64,000 nucleotides of DNA from Candidatus Methanomethylophilaceae archaeon (GCA_944320495.1 CALUHR010000013.1:192001-256000), one strand, 5' to 3'. Shown: positions 40,725 through 51,478, counted from the stretch's first letter. Made by a program: numbers and translations. The notes: generated from the sequence alone by a model not told the origin.

Positions 40725-41201
40725 TCACTCGACCAGGAGAGTGTCGTACTCTCCGGCCCTGACGGCGGCCTGGAAGGATTTGGCATCCTTGCCGTCGATG
40801 GTGACGCCCATGGGGATGCAGCTTCCGGCGATCTCCATGGCCTTGGCCTTCATGGTGGCTCCCAAGAGGTCGTCACCCTTCATGCCAACGAGCTTCTTCA
40901 TCTGGTCGATGGTGAGGTTCCCGACCTTCTCCGTCTTGGAGTTGTGGGCACCGATCTCGATTCCGAGCTCTCCCTTGATGAGGGCGGAGATCGGAGGGGT
41001 TCCGACCTTGATGTCGAAGGTCTTGTCGTCGTTGATGAGGATCTTGACAGGGACCTTCATGCCGTCGTAGGCTTTCGTCTTCTCGTTGATTTTCGCAATG
41101 ACCTGGCCGATGTTCACGCCCTTGGGTCCCAGAGCGGGGCCGAGGGGCGGACCTGCGGAGGCCCTGCCCCCGTCAACCAATGCCTCAACAGTGTCTACCA
41201 T
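40725..41201 (-). CDS. rpl11: 50S ribosomal protein L11
   Basis: GGRASAGPPLGPALGP, GMKVPVKI, GSCIPMGVTIDG. Confidence 0.97.
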   Translation of the reverse strand: MVDTVEALVDGGRASAGPPLGPALGPKGVNIGQVIAKINEKTKAYDGMKVPVKILINDDKTFDIKVGTPPISALIKGELGIEIGAHNSKTEKVGNLTIDQMKKLVGMKGDDLLGATMKAKAMEIAGSCIPMGVTIDGKDAKSFQAAVRAGEYDTLLVE

Positions 41202-41204
41202 TGT

Positions 41205-42008
41205 TCATCTCTCCTTTTCAAGAACCCTGACGCTGTCTCCTTTGACAGTGACGGGTATGGGGACCATGGCCTCGATGAGCTCGACCGTGATCTCCTCCTT
41301 CTCAGAGTCTATCTTCTGGACTCTGGCCTTCTCGCCCTTGAACGGTCCGTTCACGAGCTCGACTATGTCTCCGTCCACGATGCCGACGACGGCGGACACC
41401 GGCGTGAGGTAGGGACTGATCTCTTCGATGCTTGTCTCACCGTCGATGAAGTTCCTTGCCTTCTTGATGTCGCGCGTCTTCTCGTGGAGACGGTCCGTGT
41501 TCATGCCTTCGACGAACACGTATCCCCTGAGCCCGGCGGGGCTGAGGATGGCATAGATGTCCTTCTCTCCCAGGTTGGCCTTGGAGGCGAGGGCGTCTGC
41601 GACGACCTTCTCCTGGTCGATCTGGGTCTTAAGGATCATGATTGATTGGGTGGCGACGGCCTTGAACGAGATCGAGTTCGGCATCCCGTCGTCCGCGGTA
41701 ACCGTGACCTCGACCGTGTCACCGTATCTGGCTCCCTTGGGGCAGATGACCCCGAGGAACAGCTGCTTCTGACCCTTTCCGGGGGTCTCGACCGTGATCT
41801 CAGTGGCATTGCGGTAGTTGCTCCAGAGCTCCTCGTGCGCCGCATCGTAGAGGACGACGTCCCAGTCGGGAGCGCTCTCGTCGGGCCCGGTCGTGATGGA
41901 GAACGCGATCTTCACGTTGGGTCCGTCCGTCGATACGGTGAAGGGCCACTCCGCGGAGCTTCCCGCGTGGACCTTCTGGATTGCACCGTCTCCTGAAACT
42001 GATGCCAT
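41205..42008 (-). CDS. spt5: Transcription elongation factor Spt5/NusG with about 120-aa N-terminal extra domain
   Basis: C-terminal NGN (KTQIDQE, LRGYVFVE) and KOW (GDIVELVNGPFKGEKARV, EAMVPIPVTV); lies between secE and rpl11. Confidence 0.92.
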   Translation of the reverse strand: MASVSGDGAIQKVHAGSSAEWPFTVSTDGPNVKIAFSITTGPDESAPDWDVVLYDAAHEELWSNYRNATEITVETPGKGQKQLFLGVICPKGARYGDTVEVTVTADDGMPNSISFKAVATQSIMILKTQIDQEKVVADALASKANLGEKDIYAILSPAGLRGYVFVEGMNTDRLHEKTRDIKKARNFIDGETSIEEISPYLTPVSAVVGIVDGDIVELVNGPFKGEKARVQKIDSEKEEITVELIEAMVPIPVTVKGDSVRVLEKER

Positions 42009-42018
42009 TGTGACCAAC

Positions 42019-42243
42019 TCAGAAAGACTCGGGGAGAATGGTCATGAGCCACCAGATGGCGAAACCGATCGCTCCGATGAGTATGATCCCCACTGCAGTG
42101 ATGGTCAGAGTCTTGGCGTACTCATCCCTGGAGGGCGTGTGCGCCATCTTCAGGATCCTGCCGTACTTGCCCTTTCCGAAACCTTTGGCCTTGGACTCGA
42201 ACTCGTCCTGGAGCTCGTATGCCATGGACTCTTCTTCTGCCAT
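42019..42243 (-). CDS. secE: Protein translocase SecE/Sec61-gamma
   Basis: YGRILKMAHTPSRDEY followed by one TM helix. Confidence 0.9.
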   Translation of the reverse strand: MAEEESMAYELQDEFESKAKGFGKGKYGRILKMAHTPSRDEYAKTLTITAVGIILIGAIGFAIWWLMTILPESF

Positions 42244-42490
42244 TTTATCGTTCTCCCCCGCTGCGCGGGCCTTCCTCGTTACCACTGAAGGATAACGGGT
42301 CAAGGTTGCCCTTTATTAAGGAGTCTATTAAAAATCTTTCGTCGGAGGGAACACCTGGCCGCAATCGGCCCGACGACTCGTCCCATTCCCTCCTTATAAT
42401 GATTCAAATATCTAACGGGCCCGCCGATGACTGGTTCATTTTTATATGAGATTCGGGTACGGGCAGTTAATACCCCAGGGGGAACACTTA

Positions 42491-42658
42491 ATGGAAGAAG
42501 AAGTGCTTTGCAACGTTGAACTCGTCAAAGACAACAATGATTTCGTCATCAAGATCCAGAGCGACCTCGGCGGAGTCAGGGAATACAGGTCATCCAACTT
42601 CGAGGAAGTCCTCGAGCAGCTGATGCAGGACCTGCAGGAAGAGTTCGAGTCCCTCTGA
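42491..42658 (+). CDS. Small acidic hypothetical protein (55 aa)
   Basis: Native codon style; co-oriented with the UPF0147 gene. Confidence 0.7.
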   Translation: MEEEVLCNVELVKDNNDFVIKIQSDLGGVREYRSSNFEEVLEQLMQDLQEEFESL

Positions 42659-42675
42659 ATACATGGAGTGATTTC

Positions 42676-42936
42676 ATGGCTGCAGATAAGATCAAACAGG
42701 TCACCGACGTCCTCGACATGCTCGCCGAGGACACTTCCATCCCCAGGAACATCAGGAAGGGTGCCACCGACGCCAAGGCCCGCCTTCTCGACACCAAGGA
42801 GTCCATGGATGTCCGCGCCACCGGCGCCATCGTCATCCTCGACGACCTCGCCAACGACCCCAACATACCTCTGCACGGCAGGACCATCATCTGGAACGTC
42901 ATCAGCCAGCTCGAGGTCCTGAGCCAGCAGAACTGA
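42676..42936 (+). CDS. UPF0147 family protein
   Basis: EDTSIPRNIR, LDDLANDPNIPLHGRTIIW. Confidence 0.9.
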   Translation: MAADKIKQVTDVLDMLAEDTSIPRNIRKGATDAKARLLDTKESMDVRATGAIVILDDLANDPNIPLHGRTIIWNVISQLEVLSQQN

Positions 42937-42968
42937 TCCCCTTCTAACCCCGTCGTGCCGGGCGGCGC

Positions 42969-43544
42969 TCAGCGGCGCCGCTCGGCCACGATGTCCAGGA
43001 AGTTCTGGAATATCTCCGGGCCGTGCTCGGTGTTCTCGACCTCCGGATGGAACTGCACGCCGTAGATCGGCCTGTCGATGCATCTGACCGCCTCGTGCGG
43101 GCACGTGTCGGATGATGCGGTTATCTCGAACCCCTCCGGGATCCTCTTGACCTCGTCGTTGTGGGACGCCCACACCTGGAACGTGTCCGGAAGACCCTTG
43201 AAGAGGTCGTCGTGGGACCTGACCCTCAGACCGACCGGGCCGAACTCCGGGACGGACCCTGGGCCCAGCTCCCCGCCGAAGTGCTCGCAGAGGAACTGCA
43301 TGCCGGCGCAGATGCCCAGAATGGGGAAGTCCGCCCTGTCGAGGTACTCGCCGTTGTTGCCCATGCGGGCGGCGTCGCTGGCGACGTTGGGGGCCCCTCC
43401 GGAGAGGATGAGCCCGTCCACGTCGGCGATCTCCTCGAACGGCGTGGTGTTGGGGACGATCTTGGTCTCCACCTTCAGGTATCTGAGGACGCGCCACTCG
43501 CGGTGGGTCCACTGCCCACCGTTGTCGACGACGTAGACTTTCAT
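42969..43544 (-). CDS. guaAA: GMP synthase subunit A (glutamine amidotransferase)
   Basis: VVDNGGQWTHR, LGICAG, WASHNDEV, VQFHPEV. Confidence 0.93.
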   Translation of the reverse strand: MKVYVVDNGGQWTHREWRVLRYLKVETKIVPNTTPFEEIADVDGLILSGGAPNVASDAARMGNNGEYLDRADFPILGICAGMQFLCEHFGGELGPGSVPEFGPVGLRVRSHDDLFKGLPDTFQVWASHNDEVKRIPEGFEITASSDTCPHEAVRCIDRPIYGVQFHPEVENTEHGPEIFQNFLDIVAERRR

Positions 43545-43625
43545 GCTCTGCCGTAGAAAAACAGCGTATAAGTTTGTGATGCCCGGGTCGCCCCGGGCTT
43601 AAGGTCGGGCGGATGCCCGTTCGCC

Positions 43626-45116
43626 TCACGGATAGAATCCCGTGGGGGCCTCCTTGAGGTCTATGACTATGTTCTTGGTCTGGGTGTAGGCGTTCATGAT
43701 CATCTTGTGGGTCTCGCGACCGATGCCCGACTCCTTGTATCCGCCGAACGGCATGCCCGCGGGGAGCTGGTTGTAGCAGTTCACCCACATGCGACCGGTC
43801 TCCACACCCCTCGCGACGCGGATGGCCCTGTTGATGTCCTTCGTCCAGACGGCACCGCCGAGTCCGTAGACGGAGTCGTTGGCCATGGCGATGACCTCCT
43901 CCTCGGAGTGGAACTTGATGACCACGGCCACGGGCCCGAAGATCTCCTCCTGGGCAACGCGCATGTTGTTGGTGACGTCCACGAGCAGGGTCGGCTCCAT
44001 GAAGCATCCGTCCGCGCAGGCGCCCTTGGTGCAGCGCTTGCCGCCGACGGCGACCTTGGCGCCCTCGGCCTTGCCGATCTCGATGTAGTCCAGCACCCTC
44101 TGGACCTGCCCCTCGTTGATGCAGGCGCCCATCTGGGTGGCGGGATCCATCGGGTCCCCGACCTTGACCTTCTTGAACGCCTTGACGGCGTCCTTCACGA
44201 ACCTGTCGTAGATCGTGTCCTGCACGAACACGCGGGACCCGGCGCAGCACACCTGACCCTGGTTGAACAGGATGCCCATCTGGAGACCGTCGATGGCCTT
44301 GTCCCACTGGCAGTCCTCGAAGTAGATGTTGGCGCTCTTTCCTCCGAGCTCCAGGGTCGCCGGTATGAGCTTCTCGGCCGCGGCCTTGCTGACGCTCAGC
44401 CCGACCTCGGTGGATCCGGTGAAGGCGAGCTTCCTGAATCCGGGGTGGTCGAGCATGTACTGCCCGGACTTGGACCCCTTGCCGGAGATTATGTTCACGA
44501 CGCCGGGAGGCAGCAGGTCCCCGATCACATCCATCAGGACGTAGGCGCTGAGCGGCGTTGTGGACGACGATTTCAGCACGATGCAGTCCCCCGCGGCGAG
44601 AGCGGGTGCGAGCTTCCATGCGACCATCAGGAACGGGAAGTTCCATGGGACGATCATCCCGACCACACCTATGGGCTCCCTGAGGATAAGGCTGACGAGG
44701 TCCCCGTCGAGGACGCTGGCCGATCCCTCCTCCGACCTGATGACGCCGGCGAAGTACCGGAAGTGGTCCACCGCCAGCGGGACGTCGACGCCCTTGGTCT
44801 CCCTGATGGGTTTGCCGTTGTCGAGCGTCTCCACCTCCGCCAGGAGGTCCGCGTTGGCCTCGATGCGGTCCGCTATGTCCAGGAGGATCTTCGACCTGAC
44901 CGACGGGTCGACCCTCTTCCAGGAATCGAATGCCTTCCACGCGGCCTTCACGGCCTTGTCCACGTCCTTCTTCGTCGCTTCGGCGCAGTCGGCGAGCTTC
45001 TCGCCATTCGCGGGATTGTGCGTCTCGAACGTGCCCTTGTCCGATGCCGCCACCCACTTGCCGTTGATGTACAATCCGTAGCTTTCCTTGAGTTTGGGTT
45101 TGGATGCTTTTGCCAA
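43626..45116 (-). CDS. Aldehyde dehydrogenase
   Basis: TTG start after AGGAGG; PWNFP, FTGSTEVG, LELGGKS, NQGQVCCAG, EEIFGP, PFGGYKESGIGRE. Confidence 0.95.
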   Translation of the reverse strand: MAKASKPKLKESYGLYINGKWVAASDKGTFETHNPANGEKLADCAEATKKDVDKAVKAAWKAFDSWKRVDPSVRSKILLDIADRIEANADLLAEVETLDNGKPIRETKGVDVPLAVDHFRYFAGVIRSEEGSASVLDGDLVSLILREPIGVVGMIVPWNFPFLMVAWKLAPALAAGDCIVLKSSSTTPLSAYVLMDVIGDLLPPGVVNIISGKGSKSGQYMLDHPGFRKLAFTGSTEVGLSVSKAAAEKLIPATLELGGKSANIYFEDCQWDKAIDGLQMGILFNQGQVCCAGSRVFVQDTIYDRFVKDAVKAFKKVKVGDPMDPATQMGACINEGQVQRVLDYIEIGKAEGAKVAVGGKRCTKGACADGCFMEPTLLVDVTNNMRVAQEEIFGPVAVVIKFHSEEEVIAMANDSVYGLGGAVWTKDINRAIRVARGVETGRMWVNCYNQLPAGMPFGGYKESGIGRETHKMIMNAYTQTKNIVIDLKEAPTGFYP

Positions 45117-45246
45117 GGTGTACCCTCCTGTTTTGTAATCGCGGCGTACGGGCTTAAAAGGAACCGTGGTTGGATGGGTGGGGGCACCCCGCCCAGGCAC
45201 ATGCGCGTCATATTTGAATCGGAGACGCCATTCGTCATGCATGCCG

Positions 45247-45621
45247 ATGACATTCGAGAACAAGGAGTACCTCAAGCTGAAGGAGACGAAGGATGACGAG
45301 TTCTCCGACCTCATAGGGGGCATCCTGGTGAGCGGCGAGACCATCGTCCATACCTACAGGAGCGTCCGCGACGGGATCGTCTTCACCAACAAGAGGCTGA
45401 TCGCGATCGACATCCAGGGGATCACTGGCAAGAAGAAGAACATCACGATACTGCCCTTCGACCGCATCCAGGCGTTCAGCGTGCAGACCGCGGGCGTGAT
45501 CGACATCGACAGCGAGCTGTACCTCTGGTTCGCCGGCATGGGCGAGGTGAAGTTCGAGTTCACCGCCAGGACCGACGTGTCCAGGATCTGCCGCTGCATC
45601 AGCGAGTGCATCCTGGACTGA
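45247..45621 (+). CDS. Bacterial PH-domain protein (bPH_1/YvbH-like)
   Basis: RDGIVFTNKRLIAIDIQGITGKK..FSVQTAG.ID.DSEL. Confidence 0.85.
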   Translation: MTFENKEYLKLKETKDDEFSDLIGGILVSGETIVHTYRSVRDGIVFTNKRLIAIDIQGITGKKKNITILPFDRIQAFSVQTAGVIDIDSELYLWFAGMGEVKFEFTARTDVSRICRCISECILD

Positions 45622-45636
45622 AACGATGATTTAGAA

Positions 45637-45657
45637 GGCGGGGCCTCGGGCCCCGCC
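45637..45657. terminator. GC hairpin between convergent genes
   Basis: GGCGGGGC-CTCGG-GCCCCGCC. Confidence 0.55.
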
Positions 45658-45669
45658 GTTTATCGGCCG

Positions 45670-46623
45670 TCACTCCCACTCGATGGTTCCCGGGGGCTTG
45701 GCCGTCACATCGTAGACGACGCGGTTTATGCCGGGGACCTCCGCGGTGATGCGGGCCGCGATCCTCTTCAGGAGGGGGTACGGGATCTCCTCCACCTCGG
45801 CAGTCATGGCGTCGGTGGTGTTGACCGCGCGAATGATGACCGGGCGCTCGAAGGTGCGGTTGCCGTCGCGTACGCCCACGGACCTGAAGTCAGGGACGAC
45901 GGTGAAGTACTGCCACACCTTGCCCTCGAGACCGTTCGCGGCGAACTCCTCGCGGAGGATGGCGTCGGACTCCCTGACCATCTCGAGCCTGTCCCTGGTG
46001 ATCGCGCCTAGGCAGCGGACGCCGAGGCCGGGTCCGGGGAAGGGCTGGCGGTAGACCATGGAGTCGGGGAGGCCGAGGGTCTTCCCGACCACGCGGACCT
46101 CGTCCTTGAACAGGAACTTCACGGGCTCGACCAGCTTGAACTTCAGGTCCTCGGGGAGGCCGCCGACGTTGTGGTGGGCCTTCACGGTGCCGCTCTCGAG
46201 GATGTCGGGGTAGATCGTCCCCTGTGCCAGGAACTCGACGCCCTCCTGCTTGCGGGCCTCCTCCTCGAACACGCGGATGAACTCCGCTCCGATGATCTTC
46301 CTCTTCTGCTCGGGCTCGGATACCCCGGCCAGCTTGTCTAGGAAGCGGTCGACGGCGTCGACGTAGACGAGGTTGGCGTCCATCTGGTTGCGGAACACCT
46401 CCACGACCTGCTCCGGCTCCCCCTTCCTGAGGAGGCCGTGGTTCACGTGAACGCACACAAGGTTCTTCCCGATGGCGCGGATGAGGAGGGCGGCCACGAC
46501 GGAGGAGTCGACCCCTCCGCTTAGGGCGAGCAGGACCTTGCCGTCCCCTACCTGGGCCTTGATCTCGGCGATCTTCTCGGCGATGAACGCCTCGGCCAGT
46601 TCGGGCGTCGTGATTCTCTGCAT
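45670..46623 (-). CDS. guaAB: GMP synthase ATP-PPase subunit B, copy 2 (bacterial-like)
   Basis: [46 protein letters not shown]. Confidence 0.92.
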   Translation of the reverse strand: MQRITTPELAEAFIAEKIAEIKAQVGDGKVLLALSGGVDSSVVAALLIRAIGKNLVCVHVNHGLLRKGEPEQVVEVFRNQMDANLVYVDAVDRFLDKLAGVSEPEQKRKIIGAEFIRVFEEEARKQEGVEFLAQGTIYPDILESGTVKAHHNVGGLPEDLKFKLVEPVKFLFKDEVRVVGKTLGLPDSMVYRQPFPGPGLGVRCLGAITRDRLEMVRESDAILREEFAANGLEGKVWQYFTVVPDFRSVGVRDGNRTFERPVIIRAVNTTDAMTAEVEEIPYPLLKRIAARITAEVPGINRVVYDVTAKPPGTIEWE

Positions 46624-46680
46624 GTCGTCCGGACGTTTGTTGCAGTCCATGTTATCGGACCGGCAAAGCCGTACGGATGT

Positions 46681-46705
46681 AAAAAGGGGGCGGAGGACCG
46701 CCCCC
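46681..46705 (-). terminator. Hairpin plus T-tract downstream of guaAB copy 1
   Basis: On the minus strand GGGGGCGG-TCCT-CCGCCCCC followed by TTTTT. Confidence 0.55.
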
Positions 46706-46717
46706 GCGGAAGGCGTT

Positions 46718-47665
46718 TCACTCCCACTCGATGGTCGCGGGAGGCTTGTTCGTGATGTCGTAGACGACACGGTTGACGGAATCCTTCATCGTGTTCGTGA
46801 TGCGGACCGAGATGGCGTCGAGCACGTCCAGCGGGATGCGGGCATAGGTGGCGGTCATGCCGTCGACGGAGGCGACGGCGCGGACGGCGATGGTCCTTCC
46901 GTACGCCCTCCTGTCGCCCTGCACGCCGACGGACCTGGACGGGAGGAGGACAGCGAAGTACTGCCACGGCATCTCCATCTTGCCGGCCTCGGCGGCCTTG
47001 CGGATCTCGTCCTCGACGATGTGGCAGGCCTCGCGGACGATCGCGATGCCCTCGGGTGTGACCTCACCGAGGCACCTGACTGCCAGTGCGGGGCCGGGGA
47101 AGGGCTGCCTCTCGGACGCCTTGACGCCGAGCAGTCTGGCAACATCCCTGACCTCGTCCTTGTAGAGGTCCCTGAGGGGCTCGACCAGCGTCATGCCCAT
47201 GTCCTTGGGGAGCCCGCCGACGTTGTGGTGGGACTTGATGGTGTCCCTGACACCGTCGCCGCTCTCGATCCAGTCGGGGGCGATGGTCCCCTGGACGAGG
47301 TACTCCGCGCCGAAGTCCCTGGCCTCCCTCTCGAAGACCCTGATGAACTTCTCGCCGATGATCTTCCTCTTCCTCTCGGGGTCGGAGACGCCCTTCAGGG
47401 CGTCGAAGAACTCCTGGCCGGAGGAGGCGATCCTGTAGTTGATGCCCATGTCCCTGAGCATCCCCTCGACCTCCTCGGTCTCCCCCTTCCTCATGAGGCC
47501 GTTGTCCACGTAGACGGCGAGCAGCCTGTCGCCGATGGCCTTGCTGGCCAGAGTGGCGGCGACCATGCTGTCGACGCCGCCGGAGCAGGCGATGATGGCC
47601 CTGCCCTGTATCCTGGACCTGAGGTCCTCGACGGTCTCCTCGATGAAGTCCTCGGCACCCAGCAT
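46718..47665 (-). CDS. guaAB: GMP synthase subunit B, copy 1 (archaeal type)
   Basis: [40 protein letters not shown]. Confidence 0.94.
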   Translation of the reverse strand: MLGAEDFIEETVEDLRSRIQGRAIIACSGGVDSMVAATLASKAIGDRLLAVYVDNGLMRKGETEEVEGMLRDMGINYRIASSGQEFFDALKGVSDPERKRKIIGEKFIRVFEREARDFGAEYLVQGTIAPDWIESGDGVRDTIKSHHNVGGLPKDMGMTLVEPLRDLYKDEVRDVARLLGVKASERQPFPGPALAVRCLGEVTPEGIAIVREACHIVEDEIRKAAEAGKMEMPWQYFAVLLPSRSVGVQGDRRAYGRTIAVRAVASVDGMTATYARIPLDVLDAISVRITNTMKDSVNRVVYDITNKPPATIEWE

Positions 47666-48131
47666 CCTGAACCACCTTCTCGGAATCGGCGACGACCTTG
47701 TCCGCCTGCTCCCTCCTGTACGCGACCAGCGCGTCCCTGACGGCCGCGTCGTTCACGGCGATGATCTCGCAGGCGAGGATCGCCGCGTTGTCGCCGCGGT
47801 CGAGGCCGACACAGGCGACCGGGATGCCCGGGGGCATCTGGACGATCGAGAGGATCGCGTCCAGGTTCATGGCCCCGCTGACGGGGACGCCGATGACGGG
47901 CTTGACTGTGAACGATGCTACGACTCCGGGGAGGGCCGCCGAGAGGCCCGCGATGGCGACGAAGGCGTCGGCGTCGCTGCCCTTGACGAGCTCCTCTACC
48001 CTGGCGGGGGTCCTGTGGGCGGATGCAACCGCGATGTCGAAGGCGACGCCCAGCTTCTTCAGGACGTTGATCGCCTTCTCCGCCACGGGCATGTCGCTCT
48101 TGCTACCCAGGATGATGGAGACCTTTGACAT
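47652..48131 (-). CDS. purE: N5-CAIR mutase (proposed CGA stop 47652-47654)
   Basis: [35 protein letters not shown]. 159 aa with the CGA stop versus a 600-nt out-of-frame overlap without it. Confidence 0.93.
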
Positions 48132-48236
48132 TGTGTCTGCCATCCCCTCATCGATTAAAATCTATTGTAAAGACGGAAAAGCGAACGGGTGCAGAAGGGT
48201 GAAGGATGTTTTGGTAAGGGGTTTCTCCGAGTCCGA

Positions 48237-48545
48237 TCAGCTCTTGAGAACGACGACCAGGAAGATGCCGACGGCGATGAGGGCTCCGATCAGGATTCCG
48301 ATGAGGTCGATGATCGCGGTGTAGATGAGATCGAACGCATCGACTTCGTCGAAGACGGAGATGCTGCCATCAGCAAGCAGGTAGGCCCAGATGATTCCGA
48401 TGACGAGACCGAGGACGGCCATGCACGCGCCTGCGGACCTGCTCTTACCAGATCCGAAGTACGCGGAGAAGATACCCGCCACCAGCATGACCAAGGCGAA
48501 TGCGAAAACCACCAGGGTCAGGAAGGCCATAAGGGTGAATTCCAT
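48237..48545 (-). CDS. Three-TM hypothetical membrane protein
   Basis: 102 aa; GIFSAYFGSGKSR and three hydrophobic helices. Confidence 0.75.
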   Translation of the reverse strand: MEFTLMAFLTLVVFAFALVMLVAGIFSAYFGSGKSRSAGACMAVLGLVIGIIWAYLLADGSISVFDEVDAFDLIYTAIIDLIGILIGALIAVGIFLVVVLKS

Positions 48546-48844
48546 GTCTTAAACCTCCGATTTGGCCCGCAGAGCGGGCTCCGTTAGGTGCGCAACACAA
48601 TCGTTATTATAAAAATAATTGGACAGGGGAACAGTCTGGCTCCCTGATGCACCATCCGGTCCATTCGGATATTACGTACGTATCCTGGATATACTGTGGC
48701 TGACCCATCCAAGAATCACAACAGTTAAAGTCGCAACGATCGACTTTTCGCTCAAAGTATAATAAATAAAGCCAAAGTTTTAAATAAAATACCAATATTC
48801 CTCTTATAACATTGTTGTCGTTCGAACTGGACTGCGTGATTCCG

Positions 48845-49105
48845 ATGGATATTCTGGGTGTTGTCGAGGAAACGACCTGCGATGGCAGGATCATCATCCG
48901 CTGCGACGCCCTGCCAGACATCGGAGACTCGGTGTTCGCCAAGGGTGGGAGGCTGGGCACCGTCGGCAGGGTGTTCGGACCGGTCGACAGCCCATACGCA
49001 TCCGTGAACCCCGTCGGGGGCGCCACGGCCGCGAAGGGCACAAGGACGTCTTTCAAGGGGAGAAAGCACGATGCCAAAAGTAAGAGAGGAAACAGAAGAG
49101 ATCGA
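48845..49105 (+). CDS. gar1: H/ACA RNP protein Gar1/Naf1 (proposed CGA stop 49103-49105)
   Basis: [26 protein letters not shown]; upstream of tfb as is usual in Euryarchaeota. Confidence 0.85.
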
Positions 49106-50003
49106 AGTCTGTCCCGAGTGCGGAAGCCACCACCTCATCCGTGATTACGAGCGCGGAGAGCTGCTGTGCGAGGACTGCGGACTGGTCCTCGACGACCAGT
49201 TCATCGATCAGGGACCCGAGTGGAGGGCCTTCGATGTCGAGCAGGGCGAAAAGCGCGCACGCACCGGAGCCCCGATGACGTACACCATCCACGACAAGGG
49301 TCTGTCCACCGAGATCTCCTGGAAGAACAAGGACAGCTACGGCAAGAGCATCCCCACCAGGAACAGGGCCCAGCTGTACAGGCTGAGGAAGTGGCAGAGG
49401 AGGATCCGTGTCTCCAACGCCACCGAGAGGAACCTCGCGTTCGCCCTGTCCGAGCTGGACAGGATGGCATCCGCCATGGGACTCCCCAGGAACGTCAGGG
49501 AGACGGCCGCCATGATCTACAGGAAGGCCGTCAACAAGAACCTGATCAGAGGAAGGTCCATCGAAGGCGTCGTGGCCGCGTCGCTCTACGCCGCCTGCAG
49601 GCAGTGCGGTGTCCCGAGGACGCTCGACGAGGTCGCCAACTCCAGCCGTGTCGGCAGGAAGGAGATCGGCAGGACCTACAGGTTCATGACCCGCGAGCTG
49701 AAGCTCAAGCTGATGCCCACCAAGCCCCAGGACTACGTCCAGAGGTTCTGCTCCGAGCTCAAGCTGAGCGGGGAGGTCCAGAGCAAGGCCGCCGAGATCC
49801 TCAAGGACGCCTCCGAGAAGGAGCTCACCTCCGGCAGGGGACCCACCGGCGTCGCCGCCGCGGCCATCTACATCTCCTCCATCCTGTGCAACGAGCGCAG
49901 GACCCAGAGGGAGGTGGCCGACGTCGCGGGAGTGACCGAGGTCACCATCAGGAACCGCTACAAGGAGCTCACCGAGAAGCTGGGCATCGAGATCCAGCTC
50001 TGA
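49071..50003 (+). CDS. tfb: Transcription initiation factor IIB
   Basis: CPECG..CEDCGLV Zn ribbon, [32 protein letters not shown]. Confidence 0.98.
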   Translation: MPKVREETEEIEVCPECGSHHLIRDYERGELLCEDCGLVLDDQFIDQGPEWRAFDVEQGEKRARTGAPMTYTIHDKGLSTEISWKNKDSYGKSIPTRNRAQLYRLRKWQRRIRVSNATERNLAFALSELDRMASAMGLPRNVRETAAMIYRKAVNKNLIRGRSIEGVVAASLYAACRQCGVPRTLDEVANSSRVGRKEIGRTYRFMTRELKLKLMPTKPQDYVQRFCSELKLSGEVQSKAAEILKDASEKELTSGRGPTGVAAAAIYISSILCNERRTQREVADVAGVTEVTIRNRYKELTEKLGIEIQL

Positions 50004-50083
50004 GCGCCAGAGGCGCAAACACTCACGCCTGTCCGTCGCCCCCAGACGGACAGGTTTAATTTTGGTATGCCTTAACATCCTGC

Positions 50084-50422
50084 ATGGAACAGCAGGACCA
50101 GAGACCCAGCAGACATGTCTGCCTCACACGCAGGGCGCCGCTCGGCATATCGTCGGACCCGGAGCTGGACATGCTCCAGGCCCTGGCCGACCCGGACGTG
50201 CTGACGATGGTACGCGGGCTGGCGAGAGAGGAGGCCAGGTCCCCGTTCCCCGACGGACTGTTCGGACTGGACTCGCCGAGGACCAACGCCGCGATCAGGA
50301 GGATGAGGGATGCGGGACTGATCTCCTCGCGCAGGGACGGCAACGATCACGTCTACTTCCTCAACGCCCCCAGGTTCCGCGACTTGGAGCACTTCATATC
50401 GGGACTGATCGCGAAGGACCGA
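50084..50422 (+). CDS. ArsR-like winged-helix regulator (proposed CGA stop 50420-50422)
   Basis: LQALADP, MRDAGLISSRRDGNDHVYFL. 112 aa with the CGA stop, otherwise 1.1 kb antisense through endA. Confidence 0.75.
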
Positions 50423-51478
50423 TCACGGCTTGAACCAGCGGAACTCGAGGTACTCGACCCTGTTCCTCCTGACCAAACCGAAGAGGATCTCCTTCTTCAC
50501 GCCGCCCGAGAGACGCACGGTCCTGGATATCTCCGGCCACATCCTGAGGCCGTCCTCCGTCACGGCGTGCACCAGGTAGCGCGCATGGGAGTCGTCGGGG
50601 GACGTCTGGTACACCCTGAAGTGAGTGCCGTACTTGAACCCGGTCTTGACCACGAGGCCCCTCTCACGGAGGTCGGAGTAGACCAGGTACCTGATCCTGA
50701 ACTCGTCCTGGATCCTCTCGCCGAACTCCATGAGGTCGTCGAAGGTCACAGGATTGTCGTCCTGGTCCAGGACGGTGAGCCTGCCCTTTCCCATGAGGTG
50801 TACGCTCTCGATCAGCGACAGTTGCAGGGCCTCGCTCATCGACTTGCCGTAGTAGCCGTAGTCCCTGAGGGCCTCCGAATGCCCGCGGTCGAACACGAAC
50901 ACCCTGTCCCTGACCAGACGTCCGACAGGCTTGGCGGACATGGGTTCGGGATACACCCTCCCGGACGGGTCGCGGAGATCAAGGGTGTAGTAGGTCAGGT
51001 CGCCCTCCTCGTCCACGACGCCGTAGAGCAGCTTCTTCCTCCTCTCGGAGACGTCGGAGACCTGCCTGACGAGGCCGGCGATGCCGACCGCGTTCCTCTC
51101 GGACACGGCACGGACCATGAACTCCGGACGGGAGTTGCTCATCGTCTTGCCGCGGGGGAAGACGGAGATGTCGTAGTCCCCCGACTCGATCTTGACGACG
51201 AATCCGCGGTTCCTCAGGTCGCGGTAGACCATGTACTTGATGTCGAAGCCCTCGAACTCGGCCGCGGCGCGGCAGAGAAGCTCCTCGAAATGGACGGGCT
51301 CGCCCTCGGGGGTGACCACCTCGAGCCTGCGGCACTCGGTGAGGTAGACGGCCTCCACGAGGTCAAGGTCGACCCCTCCGCCACTGCGGGGGTACCCGAA
51401 ATTACCCCTGGTGTAGAGCCTGCTGCCCTCGCTCTGCTCCCTGACCTCGACACGGTCCGCAAGAAGAATGCCCGCCAT
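50423..51478 (-). CDS. endA: tRNA-intron endonuclease (two-unit, homodimeric type)
   Basis: Two repeats with LDLVEAVYL / LSLIESVHL, VYRDLRNRG / VYSDLRERG, KTGFKYGTHFRVY..H. Confidence 0.93.
   Translation of the reverse strand: MAGILLADRVEVREQSEGSRLYTRGNFGYPRSGGGVDLDLVEAVYLTECRRLEVVTPEGEPVHFEELLCRAAAEFEGFDIKYMVYRDLRNRGFVVKIESGDYDISVFPRGKTMSNSRPEFMVRAVSERNAVGIAGLVRQVSDVSERRKKLLYGVVDEEGDLTYYTLDLRDPSGRVYPEPMSAKPVGRLVRDRVFVFDRGHSEALRDYGYYGKSMSEALQLSLIESVHLMGKGRLTVLDQDDNPVTFDDLMEFGERIQDEFRIRYLVYSDLRERGLVVKTGFKYGTHFRVYQTSPDDSHARYLVHAVTEDGLRMWPEISRTVRLSGGVKKEILFGLVRRNRVEYLEFRWFKP

Noticed and set aside
42442-45057. 871-aa minus-strand ORF and many similar long alternative-frame ORFs (e.g. 604-2742, 55205-56902, 61444-63543)
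   Set aside because: Shadow frames of GC3-rich real genes; no family motifs and biased R/G/P composition.
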